From Conidiobolus incongruus B7586 (taxonomy: Eukaryota), in the NCBI GenBank assembly GCA_000697335.1, contig JNEM01013760.1:1-59596 (forward strand): 59,596 nucleotides of DNA, read 5' to 3'. Made by a program: the position numbers and the translations under genes. Positions 36,617-48,379 of the stretch are shown piece by piece (the first letter of the stretch is position 1; each line of letters opens with the position of its first letter). Under the pieces are notes generated by a model. It saw only the letters and a program-made list of their open reading frames with translations. It had not been told where the DNA came from and did no database searches.

Positions 36617-37959
36617 TTATATTCCGACAGCATGTAATTCAGATGGCGTTGGTGGCAGCACAACATCCACAATATCCCAAGGATCATCTTCGCCTTTGGA
36701 GCTATCCTCATCAGGGTTAAAATAGTCATCTAAAAGGAATTTGTCCATCGTGAGACTAGAGCTAGCTTGATGACCTTTGAATTGTTTGGTGACTAACTCG
36801 AGTAATTCCTTGAATTCAAGTTTGAAATTGGCATCTAGTTGATAACTCAGTTGAGTGATACCAATATTAGTCTGCTGGACTCTGTGTTGGCACATTTTGA
36901 ATAGTTGCTGGAGGTGATTTGGCCAATTTAAGTAATCTTGCGATGTGAGAATGATTGATTGAGTGAAACAGAGATATGCTAGGTTATAAAAACTAATAGC
37001 TAGCAGTAATGGATGATGATCTTGGTTTTGATCCAGCAGAAATAATGGGATTTCGGAGATATTTTGAAAATGGATAAAGTCGTGCTCAAGATAAGGAACT
37101 GATCCTCGATATACAACTGAGAATGGTAGAAGTTTTCCAAGATATTGAGATGCTAAGTTGACCACATGTATAAGATGCAATACACCTCCGCTAAATTGAG
37201 CTAAAATTATGTAAATAAAGAATACATTCAATGGGTAATATAGTGTCACTTACAGTAAAATTTAAAGTAGGGTGACTCGGTTTGGGAAATTTCCATAAAA
37301 CTCTCCTGCGTCGTATTGGAAGTTTTCTTATTTTTGTGATTTTCTTTTGAAATTTTTAACTTTTCAAGCTGTTGAGTCACAGGAGTGTCCATAGGATTGA
37401 AATGAACCATAGATCGAAGTTGATATACTAGACCTTTTCTAGTGTATCCTGTCCTAACTTGTGTATCTCTGTCAAGTTCCTTTGACTTGTTCAAAAACGC
37501 TTCTTGTCCCATTTTAGACTGCTCAATCAAACTATTTAATTTCGTTTTTAAATTTTCTATCCTAAGTCGTCTCTCTTGATTCTGCCTCTTTAATTCCATA
37601 TTTTTCGACTTGGCTAATATACAAGTATATAATTAAGATATGGAATATTTAGATAATAAATCAAAGTACCTTCAGTAATTTTTTTAGGTAGCTCAGTTTC
37701 TAATAATCTGAGTTGACCAATTTGCTCTCTTAAATAATTCACTTTGAACTGATTTAATTTTTTATTATAATGAGTCTGAATCATTTCTTTCATATTCGGA
37801 AAATATATTTCTATGTTATTTTTTAAATTTGTATAATCAAATAAACTATATTATATAATTAGTATATTAATATTAACATTAGTATCATTTATACCTCTCT
37901 GATATGCAAGCATTACAGAAAAATTTATTTTTATTTTGAAGACAAATGGTACACTCCAT
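36617..37959 (-). CDS. ATG14: Atg14/UVRAG-family PI3K complex subunit, about 4 exons
   Basis: N-terminal MECTIC...FCNAC (CxxC...CxxC), a coiled coil, GGVLHLIHVVNLASQYLGKLLPF, PLFL...YNLAYLCFTQ and an acidic C-terminal WDIV motif. Confidence 0.75.
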
Positions 37960-38422
37960 AATTTTAATATGATTGATTAATTAATAGTAATAATTTATAC
38001 TACTAGTGGTGAGTAATTCTTTTAAAAATAAGCAAAAAATATTATTTTGATTATTTAAAACAGTCAAACTCAAAAAGGATTGAGAAATTTTTGTTAAAAC
38101 CCTTAATTATATTTTTGACTTTCATAAATCCAAGTCGATAAAGTTGATTGGTTTATTTATAAGATATCACGTTGTCATTGGTTGATTGTGACAAATGGAT
38201 AAAATATTGATTCAGATTGTCATTTTAGTAAATATATCACTCAACAAGTTAAAGTGTAGATACTGATAGATATATGGTAAAAATATTATATAACAAATTC
38301 TGAAAAATAATACTAAATTTCTATATTATATGTCTGAGAAAAATGATTATAATTTTTTATATCAAAATATACTATAATTCACGTTTAAATCATAAAAATT
38401 TCAAAATTTAGTTTTATAATAA

Positions 38423-38430
38423 ATCCCATA
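38423..38430 (+). promoter_or_regulatory. ATCCCATA motif upstream of CFD1
   Basis: Exact motif starting 143 bp before ATG 38566. Confidence 0.6.
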
Positions 38431-38565
38431 TAAAAATAATTAAACAAATTGATTAAAATTCTAATTATTAGTAATCAAACACATGATTACAAATTCAGCA
38501 TATTAATAATTCAAAGTCATACACATTGATCATTAGTTTCTTTTCTTTGTTCTAGTTATAATATT

Positions 38566-39688
38566 ATGAGTTTATCAAGTTTGAGCCAGGTAAAACACAT
38601 TGTACTGGTGTTATCAGGAAAAGGAGGAGTTGGTAAAAGTACTGTCAGTGTGCAATTAGCGTTGAGCTTAGTATTGCAGGGTTTCAAAGTGGGAATCATG
38701 GATATTGACTTATGTGGACCTTCAATTCCCAGACTTTTAGGTGTCGAATCGAAGCCTGTTCATCAAGCTTCAAGCGGGTACTTTCATTTATAAATATTAA
38801 AACTTTGCAAACTAAATTATTTTTAGCTGGGTTCCTGTGTATGTTGACGAGGAACAAAAATTAAGCTGTATGTCAATAGGGTTTTTATTACCCAGTAAAG
38901 ATACTTCTGTTGTTTGGAGAGGTCCTAAAAAAACTTGTAATGTTTAATGATATTAACGATATATGCAGAATATTAATTTAGTATGGAATAGCAATGATCC
39001 AGCAGTTTTTAAGAGATGTTTATTGGGGCGAATTGGATTATTTAATAATTGATACTCCTCCAGGTATTTTAGATTTTAATCCTTGTATTTTAGTACCAAT
39101 ATTCATTTCTATTTTAGGAACATCTGATGAACATATTTCAGTTGTTGAATATTTGAAAGATATGAAGCCTGATGGTGCAGTATTGGTCACCACACCTCAG
39201 GTATATTTACCCACTATCAAGGCAGTTGAATGGCTTATTAATAATTCTGTAGGATGTATCATGTGCTGATGTTCGCAAAGAATTGAATTTCTGTCTTAAA
39301 TTAGAATTACCTATTTTGGGTTTGGTAGAGAATATGTCTGGTTTCAACTGTCCACATTGCTCTGTAAAACATACAATGATATATTTTATACCTTTAGCTG
39401 ATTAATTAAACTTTTAGGAATGCACCAATATTTTCTCATCAGGAGGTGGAAAGTCTCTAGCTGAACAATTCAAAATTCCATTCTTAGGTAGCTTTATTTA
39501 TTATAATTGTTTGATCTATAATAATAGTAATAATAACAAAAATAATAGGCGCCGTACCCATTGATCCCAATCTTATCAGTTTATTTGAATCTAATACGGA
39601 TCCCGAAAATAATCAGATTTTGGCCAAATATAAGGATTGCTCTATTTATCCAACCTTTAAAAGTATTATAGAACTGTTAGTTAATTAA
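38566..39688 (+). CDS. CFD1: Cytosolic Fe-S cluster assembly P-loop NTPase Cfd1/NUBP2, 7 exons
   Basis: [49 protein letters not shown] and [11 protein letters not shown]. It lacks the N-terminal Cys cluster of Nbp35. Confidence 0.93.
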
Positions 39689-40728
39689 AGTGCTGTCTAA
39701 TAAATGAAGAATTTAACTATTTGATTATAATTATAATTTTAGTTTATTATAAACTGATTGAGTGAGTTGCATTTTTTCTGGTTTAGTAGGCTTGGATTCG
39801 AGTGGTGGTAAATTGAAGGGCTGCTGAATTTCTAATTGTTGAAGGATTCAATCAGATTGTATAAAATCAACTAGGTGCTTATTTTTCATCCTTAAGTAAC
39901 TATATGCTCCATCCATTATTATATTGTCACCTTTTCTTAAAATCACTGCTTTTACCGTAAGTTTATTAGAAATTTTGATATTTATATTAATTATGGGTTC
40001 GTTTTGATAATTATTGGGTTAGTGTAAGTGTAAAATCAATAATATTAAAAAAGGATTAAAGCAATATCTGCATTATTTGTTTTTTAAATTTATATATATA
40101 TATATATATATATATGTTTTAAAGATCTTTTTCTTATTTTTCAGATATTTAGTCTAAAGATATTGTTTAAAATTTTAATCAATATATATACCAAAATATG
40201 CTTTCAATAAATTTTTTGATTGAAATATTATAAAAAAATAATTTTTATTATATTGGAGCGCATTTTGATGCTTAAATTGTTGTATTAATTATTTAACTAT
40301 AATTGTTTATATCAATTTGAAATATATTGCAATGTCTTTTATTTTATAGTAAAATATTTTGTCAAATAAGTAAAAAGAATCAACCAATCAATTCCTCGAA
40401 TTAATAAACCACTGAAAAATATTGGATCATTTATAAATCAAAATAATTTGAATTCAACGTCTTGAGATTTAGTAAAGTCTACTTTGGTCGTCATTGTTGA
40501 CTTCAGGTGACGAAACGTCAAGTTGATATTTCTCATTGTCTGAGGTAAAATACTTTTCTCTTGCTCAGCTGATTCAAGACTCTTTTTATATTTTAATATA
40601 GTTCTATTTTTCATCTATGGTTTCGACTATAGCATATCAATTCACAAAATGCTTAGTTTCTTTTTAAATTTATGATTGTTCTAAAGCTGTGCTTGATTAC
40701 TTGTCTAATATATTTTTATAGCGTAATA

Positions 40729-41667
40729 ATGAATAATCAAAATTTACAACCGGGAGAAGGAAAGAATTTTTCTCAGCCACCAAATGCTGAGCTGAATGCT
40801 GCACAAAACAGATTTATACAAACGGCGCCTATAAATTACCAAATGTTACCAAATCCTATTCCTGCTGAAAATGCTCAAAGTTCAGTCCCACTTCCTGTTC
40901 CTACAAATCATGATGCTCGCTTGGCTGGTGTTCCTCCCTTGCCTTTGCCTCAGCTACAGCAAATTGACAGTTCTAACTCACAGTCGCCTGTTAGTGGAAT
41001 TGTCACTCCAAATGCAGAAAACAGTTCTGCTCAGAATCCGGCCAATGGAGCCAACCCAATCTCTATCCCCCCTCCTCAGTCCAGTTTGGCCCCTACTCCC
41101 CTATTACCATCTACAGAAGCAGCTCAAATTCAATCTCAATCTAATTTAGTTCCACCTAATCCCACTCCTACCCCTACTCCACCTATTCTTGCAAGTCAGC
41201 ATCCTATAGCACCAGTTACTATAGCACCTCATTTGAAAAAAGATAACCTTCCTACTCATGGATCGACACATATGACAGCAACTAAACGTTCCAGCAATGT
41301 AACCCACGACAATCCAAGTAAAGCTGCAGCTCGTTTGCAATATTTGGAATATATGCATTCTGTGATGTCTTCAGTTATCCAATTGGATCCTGATCTTCCA
41401 CCTCGTACCAATGTAAAAGATGACTCAGTACGTCTTATTCAACGCCATTTTCCTGATACAAATCCACCAAGTCGTCCTAATCCCAGAAGGACTTCAATGA
41501 GAAGGTGCCGTGTTTGTTATGCTCGGGGGATCCGTAAGGAAACAAAATATTGCTGTAATGAATGTCCCTCTCAACCCGGGCTCTGTGCGGCTCCTTGTTT
41601 TAGGATATGGCATACATTATTAGAGTTACCAAAAAAGGTTAACTCGCCAGAACCATTGCCTGAATAA
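40729..41667 (+). CDS. Pro/Gln-rich protein ending in a piggyBac-transposase-type cysteine-rich zinc finger (no catalytic domain)
   Basis: The C-terminus RLIQRHFP...RRCRVCYARGIRKETKYCCNECPSQPGLCAAPCFRIWHT matches the piggyBac/PGBD4 C-terminal CRD pattern. The N-terminal ~200 aa are low complexity. The start is probably 40729 because a TTTTATAG acceptor ends at 40721; the ORF track starts at 40672. Confidence 0.8.
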   Translation: MNNQNLQPGEGKNFSQPPNAELNAAQNRFIQTAPINYQMLPNPIPAENAQSSVPLPVPTNHDARLAGVPPLPLPQLQQIDSSNSQSPVSGIVTPNAENSSAQNPANGANPISIPPPQSSLAPTPLLPSTEAAQIQSQSNLVPPNPTPTPTPPILASQHPIAPVTIAPHLKKDNLPTHGSTHMTATKRSSNVTHDNPSKAAARLQYLEYMHSVMSSVIQLDPDLPPRTNVKDDSVRLIQRHFPDTNPPSRPNPRRTSMRRCRVCYARGIRKETKYCCNECPSQPGLCAAPCFRIWHTLLELPKKVNSPEPLPE

Positions 41668-41755
41668 TCTGTTTAAATCACTGAAAACACTTATTCATTA
41701 TATTCAACATTTGCTAATAAAGTTCAAAATAAATAATTTTCAGAATTTATTAAAT

Positions 41756-43030
41756 CTAATATTTCAAGATGATTGATGATGCTTTAATCATTCTATTCAT
41801 GATCCCAGTGTTGAGACCCGATTCTTCCAAGCCTTCCATCAAGATATATTTGATGCCTGCGGTGTCGCAGTCCCTAAATGCCTTGAAAAGCAATTGACTT
41901 ACAGATTGGGCATTGTTAGGGTCGTAGAGTGACAAAATCATTGGTGGATGGCTTAGACTCTTCAATTTTTCAACAATTGAAGCGCCCAATGGAGATGTTA
42001 AGATGACGGCAACTGAAGTAGGAGTATTTAAAGATAATGATTCCTCTGGTGCGAGATCGTTCAACAAATTAGATATGGTAATTTCAAAATTCTCTGCGGT
42101 ACTTAGAGAGCTTCCAGGTTGAAGCAGCGTAATTTGCCCTGAGGGGGAATAGTGCTTATATTTCATACCAGGGGTGGTGGGGCATTCTTCTAGATTTTCA
42201 CCTTCGTTTTCAACAAATTTTCCCTTTTTATACACTTGACAATTTTCTAAAAGTTCAAGCTGTCTCAATTGTTCTAAGGTTACACCTCCGGGTCTTAAGA
42301 TACAAGGAGGTTGGCGAAGTCCATCAAGTACTGTCGATTCAATTCCAACATCGCAGGACCCTGAGTCAATAATGAGTGGAATCAATCCTTTGAGGTCCTG
42401 TAAAACATGTTCAGCAAGTGTTGGTGATGGCTTTCCTGATGTGTTTGCAGAAGGAGCTGCCAATGGCACCCCAGCTTCATTAATCATTGCTCTAGCAATT
42501 GGGTGCTCTGGGAAGCGCACGGCAACAGTGGGATGGCCAGCAGTGACGCAATCCGGAACATTTTTACCCCTGGGCAGTAGAATGGTTAAAGGTCCAGGCC
42601 AGTGTGTTTTAATTACTTGTTCATATATCTTTGGTAGAGTAGTGTTTTCAGGAAGGATTTGTTTCAACATATCCAGATCGCTAATGTGAATAATTAAAGG
42701 ATTATCATTTGGTCTACCCTTCGCCTTGAAGATTTTTTCAACAGCTGTAGAAGAAAATGCATTTCCTGCTAACCCATATACCGTTTCAGTAGGCATAGCA
42801 ACTACTTGATCAGATTTTAGTAATTGACCAGCTTCTTTTATCGATTCAGGTACTGATCCATTTTTCCAATTGTATTTGGGTCTATAAATATCAGTATCGT
42901 CAATACTCAACTGAGTAGTTGGAATAATATCTATCTTAGTATTAAAGCTCATTTTACAAATGGTATATACTTTGCTTTTGGGATTATTAAAATATAGTGT
43001 TCTATAAAAAGTATTCAATATAAACTTCAT
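41756..43030 (-). CDS. SUA5: Threonylcarbamoyl-AMP synthase
   Basis: VAMPTETVYGL, KAKGRPNDNPLIIH, AAPSANTSGKPSPT, GIESTV, ILRPG and PGMKYKHYSP, plus the C-terminal SUA5 domain. Confidence 0.97.
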   Translation of the reverse strand: MKFILNTFYRTLYFNNPKSKVYTICKMSFNTKIDIIPTTQLSIDDTDIYRPKYNWKNGSVPESIKEAGQLLKSDQVVAMPTETVYGLAGNAFSSTAVEKIFKAKGRPNDNPLIIHISDLDMLKQILPENTTLPKIYEQVIKTHWPGPLTILLPRGKNVPDCVTAGHPTVAVRFPEHPIARAMINEAGVPLAAPSANTSGKPSPTLAEHVLQDLKGLIPLIIDSGSCDVGIESTVLDGLRQPPCILRPGGVTLEQLRQLELLENCQVYKKGKFVENEGENLEECPTTPGMKYKHYSPSGQITLLQPGSSLSTAENFEITISNLLNDLAPEESLSLNTPTSVAVILTSPLGASIVEKLKSLSHPPMILSLYDPNNAQSVSQLLFKAFRDCDTAGIKYILMEGLEESGLNTGIMNRMIKASSIILKY

Positions 43031-43389
43031 ACAAATATCATAAGTATTCTAATGACTATAGTAAGAAGTCTGTATTTAATTAATTAAAAATGTATTCTAT
43101 AATTTATATATATTTTTTGTTTTTAGTGATTAAAGAGTTGATTTTTATATAAAATCAAAAAATTTTAGATGAATTCATTATTTCCCATAAATATGTAATT
43201 ATTAAACAATTACCATAAATTTGAATAAGTTATTTTTCAAAAATATATATTGTTTATTTTCGATAAAAAGCATGAAAATTCTGATTAATAAATTGCTAAT
43301 ATATCTTAATAAATGTTAAATTTAAATATCATCTAGATATTAATGTATTTATTTAAATGTTAAGAAATGAATAAATTTGTTTCCAGACA

Positions 43390-43397
43390 ATCCCATA
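43390..43397 (+). promoter_or_regulatory. ATCCCATA motif upstream of LSM2
   Basis: Exact motif starting 211 bp before ATG 43601. A variant, TTCCCATA, lies at 43182 in the same SUA5/LSM2 divergent promoter. Confidence 0.55.
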
Positions 43398-43600
43398 TTT
43401 TTTTTATTTATTAATTATTATAAATCTGTTTTACATAGTAGTAATTTGAATACAAATATTAAAGTTCAATTAAAATCAAATCAATTAAATATCAGTTTAA
43501 ATAATTTTTAAAAATTATAATTAAGTTTAATTTAATTTAAAAACATTAATAAATTTTAATTATAAATTATCTTTCAATATAATATTCATAACTATTAATA

Positions 43601-43999
43601 ATGGTAATTAATACTTTTATCTGATATATTCTATTATTAATATTATTGATAGTTATTCTATTCTTGTTTTAAAACTTTAATTGGAAAGCAAGTTACAGTA
43701 GAGTTGAAGAATGATCTTGCCATACAAGGAACACTGGCTACTGTTGATCAATTTTTAAATATGAAGTTAAATGATATTAAAGTAATTGATGAAGTAAATT
43801 ATCCTCATTTGGTAAATAATTTTATAGAATTATAATTTATTGGATTAATTAATATTCTGATTTTTAGATATCTGTTAAATCTTGCTTTATTCGTGGTTCA
43901 GTTATTAGATATGTACAATTACCACCCGAAGCTGTTGATACAGCTCTACTTCAAGACGCTGCTAGAAAAGAAGCTCAAGATCCTTCTACCTCTAGATAA
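43601..43999 (+). CDS. LSM2: U6 snRNA-associated Sm-like protein LSm2, 3 exons
   Basis: M|LFYSCFKTLIGKQVTVELKNDLAIQGTLATVDQFLNMKL...YPHL|ISVKSCFIRGSVIRYVQLPPEAVDTALLQDAARKE. Introns at 43604-43652 and 43812-43867. Confidence 0.96.
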
Positions 44000-44530
44000 T
44001 ACGTTCACTTTAAAATATTTCTTTTATTTCACCTTAAAATATATCTCTTCCATCAGTGTATAATCTACATAGACATGCTTCTAATTACTTATAATATGTT
44101 TATTCAATCAATATAATGCTAATTTATTTATTGATCCAATTTAGCAATTATTTATTTGATCATTATTAATTAATAGACAAAATTAAAATAATAACTATAG
44201 TTAATATAGTATAATGTAAACAGCATATATTTGAATATTAACTTCTGTTACTTTTTATGGTATGATTTGATCGATAACAATTGAATATTTTTCAATAGAC
44301 TAATTTAATTTGTTATTAAGTGTTGAAATCGATTAATATTATATTCAAGTTTGACGCTTAGAAATGGTTATATGAATTTTTATTATAACTAACTGAACAC
44401 TCTAAATAAGGAATATTTGAAATTAAAGTATATTATAAAATACTAGATTGATATGAATAATATAAATTAAAAATTTATATAATTTATAAATATTAATATG
44501 TATTGTTTTTAAATTAATCTAGTTGGGTGA

Positions 44531-45392
44531 TTAAGCTTTAATTTCAGATTCCTTGTTGGAGGGTAACCATTCTTTAGGATATTCAAATTTCTCGCTCTTT
44601 TGCTTAGTTAGAGGAACATCATTAAATTTATCTTCACTGGTCTAAAAATAACAATATTAGGATTTCGAATGTATGCGCTACTCAGCTGATTTACCTTTAC
44701 TACTTGGACAAGGTTTTTCCAGGTCTTAGCTAACCAAAGTTTATTTTCATCATAGGTAGGATACTTGGTAGAACCAATTCTTATTAAATTGGTGTCAGGA
44801 GAGTAAGTCTTTTCACAAATTAATTTAATGAAGTGAACTTCTTCAGGGGTAAATTCACCACTAGCTTCTAAACGATCTAAATGAACGATCATAACAGCCT
44901 TGTTGTCTAAAGGATGTTTCTCTCCCAAATGACGGATAGTTTGGAAACTTAGATATTGTTTGGGGGTAGGTGGTACAAAAGCTTTAACGTGTTCTATAAA
45001 AGCAATTTTAATTTGAATTTTAAATTGTAATAATTAAAATAGTTACCAGAGAAGGTAGGCATTTCATATTTAATTTGTCTCATGTACTTTCTAACATAAC
45101 GAACTTGTCTCAAATAATGATGGGCCATAGTAGTATGATCGTCGAATTCGTAAGGTTCAATATCATCATCGTCTTCGTCTTCACCTTCTTCAATTTCAAG
45201 CCATTGGTTGACATTTTCTTTTTGGATGGGCTTGAGACCGAGACCCTTTAAAGTCTGTAATCTGTTAGCATCTTTAGCGTTCTTAAATAAGGTATCGTTA
45301 ATATTAAATAATTGGATAGATCTAGTATGGAATTGTGACACTTGTCTTATTTGGTTTAAAGGAAACCTCTTAAATAATAATTGAACATTCAT
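44531..45392 (-). CDS. RSM24: Mitochondrial small-subunit ribosomal protein mS35, 3 exons
   Basis: Presequence-like N-terminus, then YEFDDHTTMAH...RKYMRQIKYEMP, FVPP, GEKHPLDNKAV, KYPTYDENKLWL, DKFNDVPL and FEYPKEW, matching the MRP-S28/Rsm24 pattern. Confidence 0.85.
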
Positions 45393-48379
45393 TTTATATT
45401 GGTTTTAATTTTTTGATTATTATTAAATTTATCCAATTACAAAAAATCAAAAGTTTGTATTTTTTAATGAAGCAATTGTAAAAATCATTATATTATAAAT
45501 TTACATTAAAAAAATTGTGGGATTTCAATTAACTGAATTCCATTATATACATTTTGATTTTTTCTCCGAAATTTTTAACGAATATTTACTTATGAAAATA
45601 TAAAATAACTAATTTAATAATCACATTTTATCTCATCACTATTAAATCTATTCTATATTTTCATTTAGCCCTTTAAAATATTAAAATTAATATTCTTTTA
45701 ACTTATATTTGGCAATTATTCAAACTATTAATTGAAAAATAAATCTCAAAATAGCAATTTGTCAAATTTTGAAAATGCTTGATATTAAGTGGAGATGATA
45801 GGTTAATATTCTACCATTTAATATTTTATAACTAAATTATTTATATTTGTTCCATCTATTTATTATTTCGATTTTTGATATTTGATATCATTTTCATAGT
45901 TATATAAATTTTATTTTATGAACACTTCCTTAATACCAATTTTGCACTTTTGATTCTATATATATATATATATATATTCAAGTGATAGTAGATTAACTAT
46001 TTTCATGTAAACACTGTATATTTCTATTAGCAATTAACATATTGAACATTATTTAAGCGATCAACTATATTATAATATCATATCATTAATATACATTGAC
46101 AAAATGTATCAATATTATTAAATAGCATTTTATATCATTATAAATTGCCTCAGCCCCTAAATTCTAACTATTTCGTTTTAATTATTTTCAATTCAAGTAT
46201 TTTATTTTTTATAATAATTCTCCTTTTTATTGTTACATTAATTGATTTTTATATTATAGATATATTGGATCAGGTATTGATTGTTTGGATTGTAATTTTT
46301 AATTTCTAACGTTACCATTTAATTATTTTAAAATAATATTTAATATTTCAGTCCGGATATATCTCCTACTTTAAAAGTGCATGGTGGTTAATTAGTAATG
46401 TTTTATATCTCAATTTTTATGAAAATAAAATTCATCAATTATTAAATACCATTTGAATAAATTTAATATTAATTTGAAAGGATATATTATTGAACTAATG
46501 AAATATTTTTTACATCATTATTTCTTATAAAGAATTTGAGCAGCTCAAAATACATAATATGTAACTTTAGTATCACGTGAACCAAATATAGTACAACGGA
46601 AGTCTTGATTATAATAATATTACAATTTTTGTGAATAACTGGTAGTTAAGGATTTAAATATAATGATTAGTAATAGATAATATCAATTCTAATAAATTGT
46701 TGATAGGAATAGCCCCAAATCTGGAAAAATAATAGACATAAACAATAATCAAAGAGAATAATAATAATAATAATAGTAATAATAAGCTTGGAGAGAAAAG
46801 AAGAGGAACTATGTTTATTAATTTAATCTAGGATATTTATACAATAAAATTCCTTATTAATTTGATTTTGGTATTAATTTTGGCATAAAAATACATAATT
46901 GACTGAATATTAAAATAAACCTGAAATGCTGTGATATAACTTTTTGTATATGTAATATTGCTGGAAAAACAATAATATTAAATAATGATATATATATATA
47001 TATATATATTATAAAACAAATTTAATGATTTTATTCAATAGATTTTTAATAGTCAAGATTTAATGTATCTAAATATTCAAATTTCAGGTATATAGAAATC
47101 GCAGTTTGAATATTCCATTAATATAAAACTTATCTATTCAAATTATATATTATGAAGTTAGAAATTTCATACAGAATTATAAATGTAAATATTAATCTTC
47201 TATTGTTTTAAGTTAATGTATTATAATGCTATATATAAAATTCGATAATTAAGGCGTAATTAGTCACCAACTTTGATACATATAAAGGATAATACCTTCT
47301 CATTATTTGTTAGGTAAATATTTGATAATGATTTTATTAGATCTATACAGTATTTTTATAAAATTGAAATATTTGATAAAATTATATTTAAATTGAAAAT
47401 TGAAAAATTTCGATTACTTATTAAGAATATATAGGTTTTCCCTAATGCTTATCAATTTGATAATACAAATGGTATATAATTAGAAATATTCACACTATTT
47501 TAGCAGTATTATAGTACATATAAGATGCTAAAAATTGTAGAGATACCTAATATAATCTACATTTATATATTCTTCAATAATCTTATGTCCTAGAACAATA
47601 AAAATTATATTCAAAAATTTACAAATATCAAAAATAAATCAGAGCAATATAACTATTAATCCTTTTAAATAAACGTTACTAAATTTTAATATATCGATAT
47701 ATTGCCGAATATATTTTTTTAATATTAATGAGATAATATATTTCTAATATTAGCTTGATTACATATTACTCTGTGGATATTAATTGGTAACATTAATACA
47801 AAAAATTTATTGTAGTGAAAAGTTTTAATATAGAAACAGTTGGTGAAATTGCCAGATTTTTGTTCCTAGACTATTTCTTTAATATGAGATTTAAATGACG
47901 AGTATTGTCATTTTAAATATCATTATATCACTATTCGTTTATAATTATGCCTATTAATAAATACCAGGAATCTGTAGGATTTTAATTTAGTAATATTTTC
48001 AATCTTAATACAAAAATTTAAACATTTAATTCATAATTTAATAATTTAATAATTTATTAGAAAGAGAATATAAGTTTGAAACCTATTACTACTACTACTT
48101 AATACTTTAATATTTCAATCTATTTTTCACTAATAATCGCATATTTTAAAAAATTTTATACAATTTTTAAGGATTTTGAAAATTTTTAATTAAATAATTA
48201 GAATTTGTAAATAGTTGAATTAGTTTCATTTTTTATCAACACTTGCGGATTTGTCCCACAAAGTTATTGGATAAAAGATAATTAAAATAGAGGGGTTGAG
48301 GATGAATATATTTTTATAACTATGCTTAATTAATAATCTGTTATATTAATTATTAAATTTAATATTTAGATTTTTAAAA

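Noticed and set aside
39730..40020. About 90-codon minus-strand frame interrupted by one TGA
   Set aside because: No recognisable homology or convincing start; not enough to call a pseudogene or recoding event.
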